Part shown: in pieces, positions 1-13,048 of the stretch
How the letters are laid out: each line of letters opens with the position of its first letter
Position numbering within the stretch: position 1 is the stretch's first letter
From: Gnetum montanum
Taxonomy: Eukaryota > Plantae > Gnetophyta
NCBI GenBank assembly: GCA_015680685.1
Contig: MNCI01002997.1
Location: forward strand, 1-64,000
DNA length: 64,000 bases
Direction: 5' to 3'
The notes under the pieces: model-generated
Told to the model about the DNA's origin: nothing
The model's input: the letters and a program-made list of their open reading frames with translations, nothing else
Databases searched by the model: none
Position numbers and translations under genes: made by a program

Positions 1-288
1 TGCACGAACCCCGCCTGGTTGGTCCCCACCAGCTTAGGCATGACCAGCACAAGCCGATGTACCAGTAACTTGGAGAAGATCCTGATGNACCGACCATGCA
101 CGAACCCCGCCTGGTTGGTCCCCACCAGCTTAGGCATGACCAGCACAAGCCGATGTACCAGTAACTTGGAGAAGATCCTGATGAGGACATTACACACGCC
201 AATGGGGCGAAAATGCTCGGGGCGGTGTGCATCAGACTGTTTTGGGATGCACACAATGCGGGAGCAGTTGAGCTCCTTCGTGAATTGC
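1..288 (-). mobile_element. L1-type LINE reverse transcriptase fragment (continues off the left edge)
   Basis: Minus strand translates as QFTKELNCSRIVCIPKQSDAHRPEHFRPIGVCNVLIRIFSKLLVHRLVLVMPKLVGTNQAGFV, the LINE RT N-terminal motifs (IPK...FRPI..CN..KI.SK...Q.GF). Similar to the RTs at ~10020-10190 and ~18570-18740. Confidence 0.85.
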
Positions 289-1225
289 AAATTCAGCATC
301 TTTGATCCACATCTTAAAAATATTCTCACAGAATTCCCTATTCTTCTTCCATTCATAACTATACGAAATTCTAATTGTGGGCAAGTAGTTCTAGGCAACA
401 AGCATCTTCCTAATATCCAGTTGTAGCATCTCTAAACATGCATGAACAGCATGAGTCAAATTTGTGGCATTGATCAACTCATTGCCTTCCATCAAATCAT
501 CTTCCTTGGGAATTTCAAGGCCTTCAAACTCATATTTCTGTACCTTATCAGTATATACAGAAGTGGGAATGATGTTGAACCTATTTTGAAGTCTTTTCTC
601 TTCATCATGTTTTGCCTTAGTTTTTGGAGGTGGACTTTCAGATTTGTTCTTCTTAACCCCAACTTTAAGACCACCTACTGTTCATAAGACTTTCTTCTTT
701 CTTTGGTCTCACTTTGCTACTACAGTCACAGCAAGTCTCTTGTTGTTTCTTCTTCTTGATGATTGCCCAGTACTCATAACTACAATGATGGCTTTGGTAG
801 TAACTATTAGACTTGATCTGGACTGAATAATTTCCTTTTTTTACATATTATTTATCTTACTCTCAAACAAGAAAATGGGGATTAGCATTCTAGTAGGGAA
901 TGATTCAGGAATTGTTGAACTAGAGAATCTTTTCCAAACCTGTGTCAAAAGGCAACCAAACCCAAAACAAGACGAGGTACCATCCTTCACTTACACTAGG
1001 ACCTGATAGAAATAGCGAGCAACAAATCAGGCCCAAGTATATTTAACCCCCCTAATGATGGACATAAAACAGACTTTGAAAGAGACTCCACTAGAAAATA
1101 TTCATAAGATGTAAAGCTCCAACCTTGTGTCAGTTTTAAGATTGTTGGCAGGATGGAGAGAAGATTCATGAGTAAGGTCACTCAAATAGTAAAAGTTATC
1201 TAAGAAAGGCATGGAGTGCGAGAAA

Positions 1226-4200
1226 TGTAACACCGCTGCCTAAGATACCCCTTACACCTTGGTATGTTTACGATTTAAACCCTTGATGTTTTGTTTGCTA
1301 ACCTATATGTATGCTTGTTACCCCTTTCTTATGTTGACTATGGTTTGTGAGCTATGTTCCTTATATTGGCTTTTTACTTTATATATATATATGGTTTACT
1401 TTTACTTTATTTTTTCTTTTATTTTATTAATTTTTAATACTTTTGCCATATAGTAGTACTTTTATAATTTTTCTATTTTACCACTTTTTAATATTTTTGA
1501 TATTTTGAAGTAACTTTTAATTTAGCATATGTGCACTAACCCCTTTTGCTGAAGTTTCGAGTTAGCGGGTATCAAGCACTAGATGAGTCACTGGCACATG
1601 GGGTACTTTGGTATGCTTTGTTTGGATAATCTGTATTTTTGGTAAAATTATCTTTTTATATTTTGTTTTTATTTTTATTTTGTTTTTAACTTATGTTTTA
1701 GAGGGTCTCATGTTAGCCTTTTCGTTAGTTATATTTTGCCCTTAGACTTTGTTATTGATTTGGGCTTAGACTTAGCTACCAACTTAGGATTAGACATAGC
1801 TATTAACTTTCTCATAGGAGATGCCCAGTAGGCCAACACTAGGCAATAGCCCATGTGAGAAAAAGGATTTTAAAATATTTTTAGAATTAGAATTTCTTTT
1901 TTAATTTATCTTTTGCCCATGAGAGCTCCCCTTGCCCGACACTACCCAAACCATTGCAAGAATATAAGCTTAACAACTATCCCATGAGAGAGCATCCTCT
2001 TTGCCTTGCCTTGCTGACATTTTGGAGATAGAACCACTAAGGGAAACTCTACTGGATTAGAGAGGAACTAGATCTAGATCTACAGTCAACCAGATCTATG
2101 TTATCAACCAAGACCTATGGTAAGCCATATTTCTAGATCTCATTTCAAATCTTGCTTAGATCACATTGTTAACCTATGATTTTCCCTAGGACTTGGAGCC
2201 TGTTTGGGAGATCAAAGTCACACAATGATCCTTTTTTATAGCATTGTCAATCTTAGGTAGCATAATTTTGGTATTGACTCATGTTAATGGGTTTTGGTAA
2301 TTTTCATTTTACGTGCATATGTCTTTTGCCAATTTCTATTTGTTTAGCAACTATTTGCCAAAATGCTTGGATTCTCATATCTGAATATTTCATTATTAAT
2401 TTCTGCAATTTTATCCATTTCTGAAATTTGTTATCATGCATGGAATATTAGTCAACGTGTTGACCAAGTTTCACCATGTTTTGCCTTGGTCCAAAATTGA
2501 CCGAAATTTTAGCTATAAAACTACAATTTTGATCTGTTTTTTGTGTTTTTGACCCTCGAAACAACTCCGAATGTCAACAGCCCAAAAGGCAAAGTTGTTT
2601 GTCTTTTCCATGTGGATCATGAGGTGCCCTACCCAATCCGTCATGACCCTGTCGCAAGGTCATAGTGCACATCTAACATCACCATTAGCTTTGACATGTA
2701 AAATCAAGTAACTTTTGTAAAACGACCCCTAGCCTCCAGGCAACAGAAAATTAAGAAAACAACCAAAAACATAGCTTCTAGGGCTTCCTGAAATGCCTGA
2801 AACCCAAAAACAACAACCGATGATATTTTAGCATTTTTTTAGTAACTTAAATCAGCCTCTAAGAGCTTAGATTTCTTTTAGACATTTTTCTACATTTTTA
2901 AACATTCATCTAAACTTGCATTTCAGTCTTGGCCTCATTCAACATGTCAGAACTTTTTGATCGGTGACCCACTTCTTGATCTTTGACCTCTTTTCGGGTT
3001 CATATTAACCATCAAGTTTGTCTCCCCACCACCCAAGGATTTGTTTATATATTAAATTATTATTTGATCATTTGATATTAGTTACAGTTTGGCCAACCAT
3101 TTAAACTATCTGCAATAACCATGACAAGAAGCATATCATGGTGGTGAGCCGAACTCTTACAACATGAAGCATATCATGGTAAGCATCATCTATTTGCAGT
3201 GACAATAGCATGAAGTATATCACGGTGGTAAATTGACCATCTATCTATAGTGACCATAGCGTGAAGCATATCACAATGGTAAACTGACCATCTATCTATA
3301 GTGACCATAACGTGAAGCATATCACATTGGTGAGGTGATCATCTATTTGCAATGACCATAGCGTGAAGCATATCACAGTGGTAAACTAAGTTCTTATACA
3401 AGAAGCATATCTCAATAAGTACAAATTTGTCTATTTATTCGTTGGATGGGTTAATAGGTGGTGGTGGAGTTTTTAGTGTTGTTAACTATTTATCAGATTT
3501 TATTGTTATTATTTGTTTCTGTTTGTACTTTGTTTATATTTGTTTAACAAACCTCTGTTTGCAACTATTCCATGTGCATCACTATTCAACTACCTGATGC
3601 CTCAAATCAAACCCATAATGGAGTGTTTTTGACAGTTGTTTACCCTCCTCGGTCTTAGAACTAATTCCCTTAGTTTTTCTGTGATTTCTAGATGAATATG
3701 TTAGTTGTGAGGAGGAGGATTTAGAGAAAGCAACAGATGATTAAAATTCATGTTTTAGTTCTATATTACTTTTGCTATTATTAAGTTGTGATTCTATGTT
3801 GTAATGTTCAGTTGGGATTGGTGGATTTGGTACTTTATGTGAGAATGTGTACTGTACTTTCCATGTTTTTGGTGGCAGACCAACTTTTATTCAATCTTTA
3901 ATTATGTTGCATTTATTCATATGCAATCATTGGAATTTGGCTAATTGTATCCAATGTTAGAGTCCAATGCCCTTTCTGATGTAATTGTTAATTCAGCAAT
4001 ATATTATATTGTTTTGGTATTTCCATTCTGATGTAATAATTCTAACATTGTATTGTAATTTTTGGCCTGTGCAATGAGAATGTCTTGTTTTTCTGAGTGT
4101 ACAGGTTAGGTTTTGTATGCATCGAGCTATTCACTATATTCTTTTATAACATTTTATCTTTTGCAGCATTTTTCTTGCCCTTATGCACCTGTTTCATGGA

Positions 4201-4334
4201 TGCCTACTGCTTTGCATGTTTAATTTTCTTGATGTCCATTTGAGTTTTTTTACACATCATTTTGTTTTCTGCACTTTTAAATTTTTATCTAAGTAATGTC
4301 TTTCTAGCCTAAGCCTAGTTAGCGGGATGTTCTA
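1226..4334 (+). mobile_element. Probable ~3.1 kb solo LTR (Ty3/Gypsy type)
   Basis: Begins TGTAACACCGCT and ends AGCGGGATGTTCTA, a degenerate inverted terminus. Non-coding, with an internal tandem repeat. The TSD is not convincing. Confidence 0.45.
3105..3415. repeat. ~51-bp tandem repeat, about 4 good units plus degenerate flanks
   Basis: Unit GTGACCATAGCGTGAAGCATATCACAATGGTAAACTGACCATCTATCTATA recurs at 3199, 3250, 3301 and 3352. Confidence 0.9.
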
Positions 4335-6180
4335 ATAATTATTCTTTTTAGCTCAAATTTTCCTTTGATAATCTACACTAGTGGAAGAATGAATGACTTC
4401 TTATCTGAGAAGATAATGTCGAAGTTGTATTTCTTCCCAGGATTCATGGTGTTCTCAGCTAATTTGAACTCGAAGAGTAGTTTGGAGCAACAAATTTAGC
4501 TCAAAATTGTGTCAAAGTCTTGCCCTAATTTCTCTACAATTTTTGTGATATCTCACTTCTTTGCACAAATGATTTACCTTATCCCCAATTTTAACCTTTT
4601 ATACATTGTAATTTCTTCTTCATAAAACTATCTATGCTTTGTAAATGCTCGAGCTTCGTAAAATTAATATTGTTAGCATGGATATTACAAAACATATATT
4701 CTTTCTTTTATTATTTTACTTGAAGAATTACAATGATGAGTTTTAATGTAGAAATAATTCTACAAAACTTACTTTTCAACAATACTTAGACTTTTGGGAA
4801 GTTTGGCATGGTGAATATGAGGTATAAGATTTTCTTTGGGGGTACTTTGAACTGATTCTCATGAGATAAATTTCATGTTCCATTACTCAATCTTTGTTGT
4901 TGGTTACAACATCTAACATTTTGTTCATATGCTTGGTTCTTAAAGTTGTTGGTGTAGTGGTTCTGGACTTGCCTCACTTTAGCCAACATTCTTATTTGTC
5001 TTTGTAGGTTGTCAATCTTATCTTCCCTCCTTAACAATACATGTATAACATACTCCAGATGATGTTGCAGCAATAGAAGTAACTGTTGATTTTCTGATGT
5101 CTTTTCACATCTCATAAGATGCAAAAGTGTTTCATCAATTGTGCTTTGGAAGCAATGTAACTCTTTATGAACCTTCTCCATTTGAATTTCCTAATTTCTA
5201 GGTCTTTTGAAACTTCCTCATTCTCTGCCCCTAGTTATTTTCAGTTGTGGTTCGCCTTTTGTCATTGTAGTTGAGAGTTATAATCATCCCATAACCTCTA
5301 GATGGTTTATCAGTTCTTCCTTAATGAGATATCAACCATTATTGTGTTGCTCTTCTTAATTTTCTTCTTTTAGCCACAGTCTTGCTCTGATACCATGTTA
5401 GAATTTGGTTTTGCATCAACTAACAACTCTAATATACCTAAGGATCTTGTAGTTAAAAACTTAATCCATATTAAACTTAGCTTGATCATTCATAATAATT
5501 TACATTCATAATCTTGCTTACAAACATCATAGATCGTAACTTGTAACTTAAATTATTGGTCTTCCAATAAAGACTGTAGTCATCCTTGGCCAACTAGTTT
5601 ACATACAAACTTTGTGTACACTTGACTACACTTCCTTGCAGCTTTTCTTTACTCCAACGAAGCCTCCTGGGTGACTGTCTCTTCTTATTTAAGAAACTAG
5701 ATCACACTTACATTGGTTCAAATGGTGATCTTCAGTTCCTCTTTAGGAAACTAGATCATGACTCAAATCTTACTTTGCATCTTTACTTATCTGACAAAGG
5801 ATGCACGATGACACCTTCATCTCGTTAGTTACGAAGTTTATTGTAGGTTACTTCAACTCTTTAGTTATGATCCATCATCATAACTCTCTTGTTGTTACTT
5901 CCTTATGATGGTCGGGAATCCATTTTTACACAATTCTTCTTCTTTCTCTTATTATTCATTGTTATATCACAACTATTACCTTTTTACTTGTTCTTGATAT
6001 GTTCACATCACTCGGTAATTTCAAAATGCTTGGTTTATATTCATAGGTAGGGTTATGACCAGTCAAAATCACAAGATGTAACTTTACGAATCAGTTTAAT
6101 TTACTTGTTAGTGATTATGATCTTCCTTTTACATTACAAGACTAACAATCATGTACTTGAGACTTACTTAAAGTCTAACA
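4335..6180 (-). mobile_element. Truncated LTR retrotransposon: 5' LTR (5396-6180), tRNA-Met PBS (5384-5395), degenerate gag-like region
   Basis: LTR bounded by perfect inverted ends TGTTAGA...TCTAACA and abutted by GCTCTGATACCA (TGGTATCAGAGC on minus, the iMet PBS). A decayed coiled-coil ORF (4873-5181) follows. Confidence 0.7.
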
Positions 6181-7074
6181 AAAATAGAAAAAATTTTGTT
6201 AGCTTAAAAAAAATTTACAAGACCTTGCTGAAAAGGTAGCTATGAATAAAAAGTTTATAGGTACAAAGAAATGGTTTGATGAAGAATGTTTGCAATCAAG
6301 GTTAGCCATAAAAAATTTCAGTAATAAAGAAGTTTTAACTGAGAAATGCATCGAATTAAATCCATAATAAGAAATAAAAATCTTTCTAAAATACAATCAA
6401 GAAAATATGGTGCAAATGATAAAGCAAGATCCAGAAAATTTTTGAAAACTTTTTAAGAGTAAAATTTCTCCTGACAATGATATCCATTTGCAGAAATTAG
6501 TATTTTATAAAAATCTGTTTCACCACAAGGTAAATCAGGTAACTAGCTACATGAACCCATACATTTTATAGTTCAAATATGATTAAGTAATAGAGGAAAC
6601 TAAATATTTAGCTTCTAAGAAGTTGTAGATGTAACAGGATTATATAATGAATCATTAAAATGTGGTAAAGAATTAGTTTATACAAAGACTTCAAAAAATG
6701 CTTAAAGAAGGACTTCAAGATGGTTTGAAAATATAGTGGATGATTAGTAGAACAGTTATGCTCTTTAGAAAAGGAGACATTATATTTAAATATTTGCAAA
6801 TTGATCATGATTATCTGCTGGTTTCCAAAATTGCTAGGTACCATTCTAGAGAAAAACTAGAATGTCAAGCAAAAGAAAATAATTTATATGTTATCTCACA
6901 AGCAAGAATTAGAAGAACATATTTTATACTAGACCATTTAGTTACACTTAAATACTGCATTGAACAAGAAAAGGGAAAACAAGAGAAGATACTTATCTAC
7001 TCTATTGACTTCACTAAGAAATTTGATTCAATTATGAAAGAAAAATTATGAAGAAGGCTTATTAAACTTAATGT
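6181..7074 (+). mobile_element. Old non-L1 LINE (L2/RTE-X-like) RT pseudogene, 5' part
   Basis: KWFDEECL and LDHLVTLKYCIE...IDFTKKFDSI...L*RRLIKLNV (RT motifs, DF.KAFD). The reading resumes after the inserted LINE at 13049. Confidence 0.7.
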
Positions 7075-7083
7075 AGAAAAGAT

Positions 7084-8565
7084 ATGATGGAAGCGAAGGG
7101 AGCAGGAGCACCAGGTGTGGGAGCAAAGGGAGTGGGAGTGGCGGTGGTGACAAGGGTAGGGACGAAAGGGAGTAATGGAGGGACCAGGCACAGGCCCAAG
7201 CAAGATTGGGGGAGCTTTGGGGCACAGGACTGGGTGGGAGAGGAAATCAAACACAAAGGAGAAACGGGTGGAGACGAGAACAAGCATGAAATGAGGGTTA
7301 GGGTTTCCCTAAAGGAGAGGGGTAGTGAAGATTTTGAAGCAAGTTCCAGGGAAGGGACCGTCATGCGGCTCAAGGTGGGCCACCCACCTGAGGAGGCTGT
7401 GCAAGCATTGGAGCAAAGTCTGCTTGGAAAATTTGTATCTGAGGGGGTGCACCCACACACGGACCTAATCAAAATGTGGGTCTAGGCGACCTAGGGGCTG
7501 AAGAACATCCGCATTCAAAGTCTGGCAGATGACCAACTGCTCTTCAATTTTCAAACAACTAAAGATAGGGATAGGATCCTATTGGGGGCCCTGTGGTTCT
7601 ATGGGGCCCAAGGGCTCACTATGGCTCCTTGGAGGCCTAGGGCACATAGGGATGCAAGTTTATTCAACCACACCCCAATCTGGATCCAACTGTTTGATCT
7701 ACCATTGGAATACAGAGTGTTGGGTTTCTTGAAGTCCCTGGCAAGGCTCTTCGGAGAGTTTATCAAATTTGATGCCTTCACGACATCAATGGATAGAATG
7801 GGATATGCCCATTTCTGTATATGGCAGTCGTTGTGGTCTAAGGATAGGGTAACTGAGGTCATCCTAGACACGACCATGGGTAAAGAAAAGATCAAGGTCA
7901 AATTCAAAAACTTGTCGAAGGCGCACAAGGAAGAAACACCTATCTGCAAGACTTGTAGGAAAGGGCACCCCACTTCACAATGTCATTGCAAGTCGACCGA
8001 GTCCAATTAGGGATGGAGCATGGTTGGCCCAAAAGGCTGAATCTAGAAGTAAGGGCCACTGTTAGGGAATGGTGGGAGACCCCATAATCCACATCTTGCT
8101 ACAAATGGGGGCAAACTGGATTTGAAAAGGGGGAATGTGCTACCTCGCATTGAAGAGGGAAAAGAGGAACCATTGTCGATGGAAGGCTAGAAAGATGGGA
8201 CATCGAGTCGGGATGAGCTAGGGGGTAGCAAGGAGATCTCAGGTTCTCCTTGTACCCCACCGACTAAAAGGGTGGCCACGCTAGAGGAATCAAGGTTGGA
8301 GTTGCTAGAGGAATCAGGGCTGGAGTTGCCTCCGCTAGGGGAATGGATAGCCCTCAAACGAGGGTCTTCAAGGCCAAAAATGAAGGACATACTAGTGATG
8401 AAGATGGCCAGCTTGATTGGTGCAGTAGTCACCCCACCAAAGAGAAAAGTTGGGCACTTGGACAAAACGGCAACACGCAAGAAGTCCACATAGTTGGATA
8501 TTGATTTGAGGGTGCAATGGACACTCTAGGAGGTGTATCACAAACGAATGTATGTATCTCCATGA
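7084..8565 (+). pseudogene. LINE copy 1 ORF1 (DUF4283-like + CCHC zinc knuckle)
   Basis: PIWIQLFDLPLEY...MGYAHFCI and CKTCRKGHPTSQC. Interrupted by TAG stops and frameshifts. Terminal TGA at 8563-8565. Confidence 0.85.
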
Positions 8566-11500
8566 AAGTCCTCACTTGGAATTGTCAAGGCCAGGGTAAC
8601 CCATACAAAAGTACCTTGAAAATGATTATTCAAGAAGTAAGATGCAATGTGGTCTACTTATAGGAGACGAAGCTACAAACATCAAAGCAGAAGTTGCTAC
8701 AATGGGAGGAATGGAGCATGGAGCGTGCACATGGTGCCAAGTAAGGGTCAAGCGGGAGAGCTAGCAATTCTTGCTAAAATCCCAGTAAGCTTTGTGGATG
8801 ACTCCAACTGGAGTCAGACAGTTTATGTGCCGCAAGCAAACCTCTGGCTCACAAATGTTTACAAGGTGCAAGATTGGGAGGCCCAGGTCCAAGAATTGAG
8901 ATGTCTTGCTGGTGTAATTCCCAACACTAACAGATGGATGTTGCTTGGAGATTTTAATTAGAGACTATATTGTTGGGAAAAATCTAGGAGTGATAGCACA
9001 AACCCTTTGGGGGCCGAGGACTACATTGATTTTCTCAGCCAATATGATTTGGTGGACCTAGAGATCATGGGATGTAGATATACATGGAGCAATAGACAAA
9101 GGGGGCCAGATCAGGTGCAGTCTAGGATCAACTAGATATGGGTTAATTCACACCTAATGATAGAATTCGACATCAATGCGGAAGGTAAAGAACGGCAAGC
9201 TTCGGACCACCGGTCCATCCTTTCTCATATCCAGTCTGAGGAGAGTCAAGACCCCCAGCCTTTTCGGTTTGAAAGAACCTAGCTGTAGAAATCTTGGCTA
9301 AAACCGTTGGTGCGCAATATCTGGCAAGCCTACATAGGGGAGTAGGAACCTAGACAGTTTCTGAAATATGGACTGCAAGCTCTTAAACAAAACATCAAGA
9401 CCAAAGCAACAAACGACAAGTACAGTTTCCGAGGATAGAGGAAGCACGTACAGGAGAAATTACAGGAGATCCAATGGTTGCAAGAGACAGGGGCCGACAT
9501 GGAAAATGAAGAATAGGAATTGCTATGGGAACTCCATGAGCTCAACAGGGAGGAAGAGAGTTACTGGCGATAGAGATCATGGATTTCTTGCTTGAGGGAA
9601 GGGGACAAGCACACAAGGTTTTTCTTTGCTAATACAAAAACCAATAGGGCATACAAAAACAAAATCCAAAACCTATTGAAGGGCATGGGTTGGGGAGGAC
9701 CACATAGTAGTAGGTGGGGGGCTGGAAGCCTTACAGACATTTTGGGGGAAGATTTGGAGGTGGCAGGCAACGGAGCATATCTTAGTCCCAATACCATGGG
9801 TCCTTACAAGGGCAGACAACCTAGATTTTCTGCGTCCATTTTCGCAAGAAGAGCTAAGCAGGGCTATGAAGTCAATGTTGCCTAACAAAGCTCGAAGGCT
9901 AGATGGGTGGCCCATCAAATTTTTCAAGGAGTATGAAGACATCTTGAGGGCCAATCTGCTGGACGCTTTCAACAACATGCTCAACTAGCAACAAGTGAGA
10001 AGAGAAATCAACTGCTCACAAGTGGTGCTGCTACCCAAAGTGCCTTATCCATCATCATCGAGACACTTTTGACCCATCGGAGTTTGTAATACTCTCCTAC
10101 CAATTTTCTCAAAGATGTTGGTTGGCATGTTGCACCATTAATGATGAAATTGGTAGGGGAACATCAAGCTAGATTTGTCAAGGGCTGCCTTCTATAGGAT
10201 TAGGTGTTGTTGTTGCAAGAGATCCTGCACTCACTTAAAGTGGCTAAATTCCTAGGATTAAACTCAATATCACCAAGGCCTACAATAAAGTGAGTTGGGC
10301 AACACTCCAAGCAGTAATGCTGGCAGAGGGTTTTGATGCCATGTTTGTAAACCTATACATTCAAATGCAAAGAGGCAACCACTGCTCTTTTGACATTGAT
10401 GGGAGGTTATGGGGATTCTAGGGAATGGGGAGAGGGTCGAGGCAAGGTGATCCATTATTGCCACTCCTCTTTATCATGGTGATGGACTTGTTCAAATGCT
10501 ACTGCCTTGCCAAAGGAGTTCAAGGGCTCAATATTGCTGGGGTGCACTATTTGGCAACACACTATGCAGATGACACAATGATCTTCTCTAGGGCTATGGT
10601 GCCACAAGCAGAGGCTCTACTATGGGCACTTGATTGGATGTAGCTAGAGGTGGGCCTCAAAATTGTCAAAGGGAAGTCAACCATACACCTCATCAACACG
10701 ACGGGGATGGTAAGGACCAAATTTATTCAAACCTTGGAAATTTTGCCAAGCAATGTATAGGACACCTATTTGGGCATGCCCATATTTGATTGGCAATGGA
10801 AGAAGTCATGGGTGGGGATGGTGGAGCGGGTTCAGCAAAAAACCATGCTCTGGATTGGCCGTTTCCTTTCCTAGAAAGGGAAGATGGTGCTTGCTGCTAC
10901 GGTCCTAATGGTAACCGCCAAATTTGCAACGTCCATGGCCACGCTACCTGCTACGGTGATGCAAAAAATAGATAGCATCATTAGAGATTTCATGTGGTCA
11001 AGAAGAAAAGGGGGCAGAAAAATGCATTTGGTGTCCTGGGCAATGACAACGTGTCCAAAGTTGGAAGGTGGAATTGGCATTTTACAACTTGGGGATTAGG
11101 TGACATTAGGTCTACAACGGTTGCTTAACATATTTCTAGGGCAAACTGAGGGGCCGACGCTATGGGTGCAATTATTGCAACAAAAATACAATTGCTGAGA
11201 GGCTAATATGAACAACTCCCAGCTCTGGAAAAATCTATGTTGTCATGCTAGTGTGGTAGAGCATCTTGATTTACTAGGGCAGCACCCAAAGGAGATTCTC
11301 AAATATTTATACTTGCCAAAGAATGAATGGGCGAGATCTAGAAAGGCCATCTTACTGAAAAGATAAAGGTCTTTGGGTGGTTAATAAAGCAGAAAGCACT
11401 TCCATTGAGAGCCACGTTGAGGGAGAGAGGAATACAAGTGGAGGCCAGCTGTCCACTTTGCCACATTGAGCTCAAAACATTGCAACACTTTGTTTATGGG

Positions 11501-12681
11501 TGTCGAGTCACTCAAGCAATTTCGCATTTTGCCAATGTTACCCTTGTTGTTATTTTCCACGAGGATTCTTTTGCAATCACCACACTGTGGGTTCTTTGGA
11601 AGCACCAGAATTCACTAGTCTTCCGTGGGCAACAACGATGGTTGTCCAAGTGGCTTGTTTATTGTGGGCAAAGGCTATGAAGGTCATGGAGCAACAGCTT
11701 CTCTTTGAACCCTCATGGATGAAGTTCTCAGGGAAGCACGAGTTATGGGCATTGGTGGAATGGTTGGGCTAGGCGGACATGCTCAAACACATGAAGGAGA
11801 GTCAAGCCTATCCACAAAGCAATTCTATGATAATTGGGAAGGAAATGAAACATACTATTGGGGCAAAAAGATCAAGGTGTCGATGCAAGCCTTGGCAACC
11901 GCGTTGAGGACAAACGCAGAAGGGGAGGTTGTTGTGCCAGTCGCTCAAGCACAAACAAATGCAACAGAATTTTTCCCTGGAACAAGACCCAAGACTACCA
12001 GCAAACATATCCGAAAATTTGGGCTACAAGGCATCTGGCAAGAAGCAATGGTTTTAGTGGAAAGGCATTTCATGCAGACAAGATACCCCCACAAGCTTGT
12101 GGGTGTCCATTTCACATTTTTAAAGCATATGCAACACAGCACCCCCATCAACTTGCCTTAGTTTTTCTGGGAGTCCCTCGGAGGAGGTAGCCTAGACAAA
12201 GGGTGATTCTTGCACTATGGTAGGTGGGTGTGTCGATCACGCCACTGGCAACAACAATAGTTTATCAACGAAGGTGGGGTCGAGAACAAGGAGCCAAGAT
12301 ATTGACACTGGGAAGTGGCAACACTACTTCACATAGGGATGAGGGGCCGAATCAACCTACTAACAGGGAGCGAGAGCTCCAGCAAACAGCTGGCAACCGA
12401 ATGCTTTTGGAGGGAGTGTCGCCTTGCTGCTAAGCAGGCACACTTAGTGGAACAGGAACAATGGCAATTGCAATGGGAGAATCTGCGGAAAGAGGCTCAA
12501 CGGGAGGCAACTTCCATGTAGATTAAGGACCTACAATGGATGGAAGAGTTTATTGCTAAACACCAAAAGGAGCTGGCATAGCTCATAGAAGAGAATAATC
12601 AAAGGTTGGCACTCGAGACCAACACCACGATCACAGACTGCAGCAGATACGATGCCTTCAACAACTTCGGTCGAGGCTGAG
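8562..12681 (+). pseudogene. LINE copy 1 ORF2: APE endonuclease - RT - zf-RVT - extra C-terminal domain + coiled coil
   Basis: MKVLTWNCQG, ETK, LLGDFN, SDH; RQGDPLLPLLF, HYADD; CPLCHIELKTLQHFVYGC, LWVLWKHQNSLVF. Coding then continues (QFYDNWEG...NLP*FFWESL...REAT..DLQWMEE). Confidence 0.85.
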
Positions 12682-13048
12682 AGCAAGGGATCAGCATCTA
12701 GGATGCACAAGACTACGAGGCTAAGCAAGTTGGGCCAACACGTGAACATCTAATAGTCGCGCAACCTGGTTGAGGGGGGTTGGGGTTTCTTTAAGTGTCT
12801 TCCTTGCTATTCTTCTCTGTTTTCTCTTAGTTTTGCCTGCCCGCTTAGGCTGGGTTCTAGGGGTGCAAGGCTTGAAAGGGAGGAGGGTTTCTAGCACGGG
12901 TTCTTGGCAAGGAACACGATGCAAGAAGGATTTTGAATTTAGCAGTTTGTTTTGTTTTGGGGGCATGGGGTCACTAACCCATGCTATACATTTGTACAAC
13001 TTTTTTTTGCATTAATACAATTAGACATTTTTCCAAAAAAAAAAAAAA

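Larger units (their letters stand above)
7075..13048 (+). mobile_element. Near-full-length L1-clade LINE (copy 1), pseudogenised, with extended ORF2
   Basis: TSD TTAATGT at 7068-7074 and 13049-13055, poly(A) at 13035-13048, and recognisable ORF1 and ORF2 domains. Confidence 0.95.

Noticed and set aside
1-186. Exact ~87-bp direct duplication at the window start
   Set aside because: Identical copies straddle a single N (88), typical of contig overlap at a scaffold join; the + strand ORF 19-426 is antisense to LINE RT.
3105-3415. Regularly spaced repeats resembling a CRISPR array
   Set aside because: The intervening sequences repeat too (no unique spacers), there are no cas genes, and the context is a eukaryotic LTR.
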